Positions 61,153-61,704 of a stretch of 61,704 bases of DNA are shown piece after piece. Source of the stretch: Stylophora pistillata (taxonomy: Eukaryota). Within the stretch, counting starts at the first letter, position 1. The number at the start of each line of letters is the position of its first letter. The DNA lies in contig NW_019218141.1 of assembly GCF_002571385.2 (NCBI RefSeq), positions 253,871-315,574 on the forward strand, in the 5' to 3' direction. Made by a program: the position numbers and the translations under genes. The notes below the pieces were generated by a model. It was not told the DNA's origin. It searched no databases and saw nothing but the letters and a program-made list of their open reading frames with translations.

Positions 61153-61704
61153 CTGTGCAGCAAGAGAGCAGGTAAGGTTAATTAACTGTGCTTCAGTGTA
61201 GCAGACTAAGGCAACTTGTACAGGATCAGCAAAATGGCTCAAGATCCACTTCCTCTAACAGGAAATAATTTGAGATATGCCTCCCTCTCCTAAGTATTTT
61301 TTCAGGTTTTCATTTTATTTTTTCACTTCAACAAGGAAAGGGTGATGCACTAAGAAAAAAATCGTCATATTCTTGTATGTATCTAGCAGAATGGTGCTTG
61401 CCAGGGTTATAACCTGCCCCTTGATGATGATGATGATGATGGTAGTTTATTAGCACTTCTGGCAGTTAAAAAAACTGAATAAACAGTGTAATTTTACAAG
61501 GATATTAAAAAGAATCTTACTAGATACCAATAATAAAGTCTATTTACAATAATAAGTCTTAAGAATTAGAATAATTTTAGTAAGTATTACAATAACAGTT
61601 AAGTCTACGAATACCTAAAAGTAAAAAAGTCATTTGCTCTTTTTGTTCTTTTCATTGTTGTTGTGGCTTTGGTATTTCCTGATCTTAACTGATAAGGTAT
61701 AGAA

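Overview
Eukaryotic, intron-rich animal DNA, most likely a stony coral or related anthozoan (inferred from the repeat families and gene style). Spliced genes reconstructed by hand: a class A GPCR with a single coding exon (-); complete 38-exon VPS35L (-) containing one U12-type minor intron; an 80-aa neuropeptide-precursor-like gene (-) predicted to release YFLRTG-amide; an NRARP-like ankyrin gene (+) with a perfect CSL site in its intron; AIMP2 (-) head-to-head with a 13-exon BPTF/NURF301 (+) that has an in-frame TAG in exon 1; a small secreted PAN/apple-domain gene (+) with an in-frame TAA; and the 3' part of PRPSAP (-). Introns and intergenic DNA hold decayed LINEs (L2, RTE, CR1), a tRNA-derived SINE, many MITE/foldback elements, Crypton-like hairpins, and two short TSD-flanked Penelope-type insertions with minimal hammerhead ribozyme motifs. 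No prokaryotic-type system is present. The best novelty candidates are the amidated peptide precursor, the hammerhead insertions, the BPTF nonsense codon and the Notch-responsive NRARP module. Homology calls rest on recalled protein motifs, not database searches.
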